24,000 nucleotides of DNA, taken from contig JAFUCP010000084.1 of assembly GCA_017459565.1 (NCBI GenBank), positions 19,716-43,715 of the forward strand. Reading direction: 5' to 3'. The notes beneath the pieces are model-generated. The model was not told the DNA's origin and did not search any database. It was given only the letters and a program-made list of their open reading frames with translations. Both the position numbers and the translations under genes were made by a program. Source of the stretch: Clostridia bacterium. Lineage in GTDB: Bacteria > Bacillota > Clostridia > Christensenellales > Aristaeellaceae. How positions within the stretch are numbered: the stretch's first letter is position 1; every line of letters begins with the position of its first letter. Below, piece after piece: positions 21,276 to 24,000 of the stretch.

Positions 21276-21779
21276 ATGAGCGTCGATATTCAAAGCGCTT
21301 TGTCGGGAATACGTCGGTACCGGCCCATGGACTGGGACCAAATTCCAGACCTTGGTCTGTATATGGACCAGGTGATCACCTTTATCACCCGCATGTATGA
21401 GCCGCTGTACGGTGAGGACATTCACGGCTACCTTTCCCCCTCCATGATCAACAACTATGTCAAGAGCAAGCTGATCCCCCGGCCGACGGGCAAGAAGTAC
21501 AGCCGGGAGCAGATCGCGCTGTTGACGATGATCGTGGCCCTGAAGCAGACCTCCAGCATGGAGGAGATCCGGCGGCTATTGGCGCTGGACGAGGCTGGGA
21601 CGGTGGAAAGCCTTTATGCCGTGTTCAGCAGCCGCTTCAGCCACGCCGTGCAGTTTATGTGCGGCGAGGGCGATATCTCCGGCGCGCCGCGCACCGCGCT
21701 GGACTTTGCCATACTGGCCTGCGCCTGCTCCGCGGGCTGCGCCGCGGCGCTCAAATACGAGGCAAAACAGGTTCAATAG
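21276..21779 (+). CDS. DUF1836 domain protein
   Basis: 167 aa. LSPSMINNYVKSKLIPRPTGKKYSREQIALLTMIVALKQ matches my recollection of the DUF1836 core. SD is aaaggaggagtccttATG, 27 nt after rqcH. Confidence 0.65.
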   Translation: MSVDIQSALSGIRRYRPMDWDQIPDLGLYMDQVITFITRMYEPLYGEDIHGYLSPSMINNYVKSKLIPRPTGKKYSREQIALLTMIVALKQTSSMEEIRRLLALDEAGTVESLYAVFSSRFSHAVQFMCGEGDISGAPRTALDFAILACACSAGCAAALKYEAKQVQ

Positions 21780-21802
21780 TCCCCAAACGGCGCATATGAT
21801 TG

Positions 21803-21842
21803 GCCCGGACCCCTGCGAAGCGGGGCGTCCGGGCTTTGTCTT
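21803..21842 (+). terminator. Rho-independent terminator after the rqcH-DUF1836 operon
   Basis: GCCCGGACCCC-tgcgaagc-GGGGcGTCCGGGC, followed by TTTGTCTT. Confidence 0.6.
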
Positions 21843-21880
21843 GCCATGGCGCATGGACAGATGCAATCGGGAGGCGGAAT

Positions 21881-23014
21881 ATGAGACGGTTTATCCTGTT
21901 GGTCGCGCTTGTGGCGCTTCTTTCGTCCACGGGGCCGGGCACAGCTTCTGAGCGCCTGTCCGTCGCGGCGAAGGGCGCGGTCCTGATCGATGCCGACTCC
22001 GGTCGGATTTTATTCGGTCAGAATGAGAATGCCCTGTATCCCATGGCCTCTACCACCAAGGTGATGACCACGCTGCTGGCACTGGAAAATGCGGCGCTTG
22101 ATGAGCGCGTGACCGCAGGCAAAAACGCCTATGGCGTGCCCGGGACATCGCTTTATCTGTCCGAGGGCGAGACGCTGAGCATGGAGCAGATGCTTTACGG
22201 GCTGATGCTGCGCAGCGGCAACGACGCCGCGGTGGCCGTGGCCGAACACATATCCGGCAGCGTGGCGCAATTTGCCGAACTGATGAACAACAGGGCGCGC
22301 GAGCTGGGCATAGACGCCCACTTTGTCAACCCTCACGGTCTGGACGCCGACGGACACGAAATTTCCGCCCTGGGTCTTGCCCTGGTGATGCGCCAGGCCA
22401 TGCAGAACCCGGATTTCCGAGTCATCACGTCCACCCAGCGAAAGGTGATCCCCTGGGTGGGCAACGAATACAGCCGCGTGCTTGAAAACAAGAACCGGCT
22501 GCTCAAAACCTATGAAGGCGCGACGGGCGGCAAGACAGGCTACACCGGCAAGGCCGGGCGCTGTCTCGTGTTCAGCGCACAGCGGGATGGGCTTGAGCTG
22601 ATCGGCGCGGTGCTGAACTGCCCCACATGGTTCGATACCGCCACGCTGATGCTGGACTGGGGCTTTGAAAATTTCCGCACAGAGCGCGCCGTCGACGCGG
22701 GCGAGGCCATCGCCGTGCTGCCGGTTCGCGGCGGCGTCTATGAATCGGTGGCGCTGGTGGCCGATGGGCCGCTGCGCACCGCGGTGCCCGTGGGCAGCCA
22801 TGTGAAAACAGACTACAGTCTGCCCACTGAGGTGGAAGCGCCCGTCCGCGCCGGCGACCAATTGGGAACCGCCACCCTCACGGCCAACGGGGAGATCGTG
22901 GCCCGGTGCGGGCTCGTCGCCGCCTCAGACGTGCAAAAGCGCAGCTTTCTCGAATCCTTCAAGCGCCTGCTTCGCCACTGGGTGCTTCAGCTTCAGCCGT
23001 CGGCCACGTCCTGA
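21881..23014 (+). CDS. Serine-type D-Ala-D-Ala carboxypeptidase (peptidase S11, PBP5 family)
   Basis: Track ORF trimmed to the ATG at 21881 (SD gggaggcggaatATG); 377 aa. It has a signal peptide (MRRFILLVALVALLSSTGPGTA) and the S-x-x-K (ASTTK), S-x-N (RSGND) and K-T-G (GKTGYT) motifs. Confidence 0.9.
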   Translation: MRRFILLVALVALLSSTGPGTASERLSVAAKGAVLIDADSGRILFGQNENALYPMASTTKVMTTLLALENAALDERVTAGKNAYGVPGTSLYLSEGETLSMEQMLYGLMLRSGNDAAVAVAEHISGSVAQFAELMNNRARELGIDAHFVNPHGLDADGHEISALGLALVMRQAMQNPDFRVITSTQRKVIPWVGNEYSRVLENKNRLLKTYEGATGGKTGYTGKAGRCLVFSAQRDGLELIGAVLNCPTWFDTATLMLDWGFENFRTERAVDAGEAIAVLPVRGGVYESVALVADGPLRTAVPVGSHVKTDYSLPTEVEAPVRAGDQLGTATLTANGEIVARCGLVAASDVQKRSFLESFKRLLRHWVLQLQPSATS

Positions 23015-24000
23015 TGGCGTTTCCGTCCCGGTCCGCCAGCACCAGTTCTTCCTCGCTTATGAGCAGCAGGCGGTCCCGGCTCAGCGCGCGAATCTCCCGG
23101 TACTTTGCGTTCAGGCGCTCTACGCCCCCGGCGTCCATCATGCCCCAGCGCGCCCCATCGTAATTCCAGGACATTTGCAGCCGGTCCAGATCCGCGCTGT
23201 AATACTCCGCGCCCTCCAGCCTCAGCCAGGCATACAGCCCCTCGCACAGCGGCAGTATGAACTGATATCGCCCGGAGGCCGCGCTGCCATCGGCATCGAC
23301 CAAATATTGGCAGGCGTCGCCCCAGTCGCCATCCGAAGCGATGAACTGGCCCGACGTTCCCGGAGCATAGCGCGTTCCCGCGCCGCTTTCAGAGACGACG
23401 CGCCCCGTCGCGTCGTAGAGCCGCGCCCGCTCTCCGTCGTCGATCAGCAGGCAGTCGCCCACCAGCGACGCAGACAGGTTTTCGCCTGCTACTGCAAACA
23501 GGCGCACGCCGCCGTCGGGCGCATACGCCTCCACGCCGCCGCCAGACAGCGCCGCAAGCAGGGTCCCGCCCCTGTCAAGCCAGTCGTATTCCGCCGCAAG
23601 CACCACCGCTCCGTCCGCGTCGATCAGCCCTACGCCGTCGCTGCCCGTCATCCTGGCGGCACCGTCCTGAAAGGGGCCGATATACAGCCATTCGGGGGCG
23701 ATGACAATTTCACCCCGGGCATTCACCGCGCCATAGCGCCCGCCTTCGTCCATATAGGGCATCCTGCCGGAGCGGACGCGGCTCAGCCCGCAGGCGGTGT
23801 AGACGCCGGTGCGCCGCGCGGAGCCGTCCGCGGCCACATGTATGATCTCATCCGGGCGGTCGTCCAAAGGGTCGGAATCCAGCGCCAGGAAGCCGCCCTC
23901 GCCGTCGCTTGTCAGCTGGGTATACAGCGCGGGCAGCGTCACCTGACCGGCATCATTCATCGCGCCGCAGAGGCCCCCCGCGCGAAAGATCAGGCAGTCG
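22959..24000 (-). CDS. WG-repeat (KWG-like) protein, C-terminal part (reading frame stays open to the right edge)
   Basis: It contains repeated units of the type G..G.ID..G..V..P.Y.W. The frame upstream of the track's first Met (23960) remains open to 24000 (DCLIFRAGGLCGA-MNDAGQVTLPALY), so the gene is probably truncated by the window. Confidence 0.65.
   Translation of the reverse strand, partial: DCLIFRAGGLCGAMNDAGQVTLPALYTQLTSDGEGGFLALDSDPLDDRPDEIIHVAADGSARRTGVYTACGLSRVRSGRMPYMDEGGRYGAVNARGEIVIAPEWLYIGPFQDGAARMTGSDGVGLIDADGAVVLAAEYDWLDRGGTLLAALSGGGVEAYAPDGGVRLFAVAGENLSASLVGDCLLIDDGERARLYDATGRVVSESGAGTRYAPGTSGQFIASDGDWGDACQYLVDADGSAASGRYQFILPLCEGLYAWLRLEGAEYYSADLDRLQMSWNYDGARWGMMDAGGVERLNAKYREIRALSRDRLLLISEEELVLADRDGNAIRTWPTAEAEAPSGEAGA

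Overview
GC-rich window, probably from a spore-forming Clostridia-type Firmicute (GGAGG Shine-Dalgarno sites; gerM, rph/rdgB and ysnB-like genes in Bacillus-like order). About 60% of it (1-13.8 kb, all on the minus strand) is a Wood-Ljungdahl (reductive acetyl-CoA) locus split into three blocks. Block 1 is metF-cooC-acsD-acsC-acsE. Block 2, after an internal terminator and promoter, is acsB, a small 2Fe-2S ferredoxin and a DUF3786-like gene. Block 3 is fhs-fchA-folD (folD runs off the left edge). Blocks 2 and 3 are separated by a LysR regulator and a plus-strand trigger-factor paralog that lacks the ribosome-binding N-domain. No CODH catalytic subunit (acsA/cooS), metV, gcvH or lpdA lies in the window. 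The most interesting part is 13.97-15.65 kb, directly upstream of metF and co-directional with it. There a CsoR/InrS-like metal sensor with a His-rich N-extension is transcribed divergently from an exact-consensus promoter. That promoter drives an extremely His-rich/Cys4 protein, a CooT nickel chaperone and a 75-aa acidic protein. I read this as an uncharacterised nickel-sensing, storage and delivery cassette serving ACS/CODH maturation. The right third holds housekeeping and sporulation genes: a tandem RhaM-like protein, a YfcE/YsnB phosphoesterase, a fused RNase PH-RdgB, GerM, RqcH, DUF1836, a D-Ala-D-Ala carboxypeptidase and a WG-repeat protein that runs off the right edge. I found no rRNA, tRNA, CRISPR array or mobile element. 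The many long ORFs opposite the called genes are GC-driven antisense artefacts.
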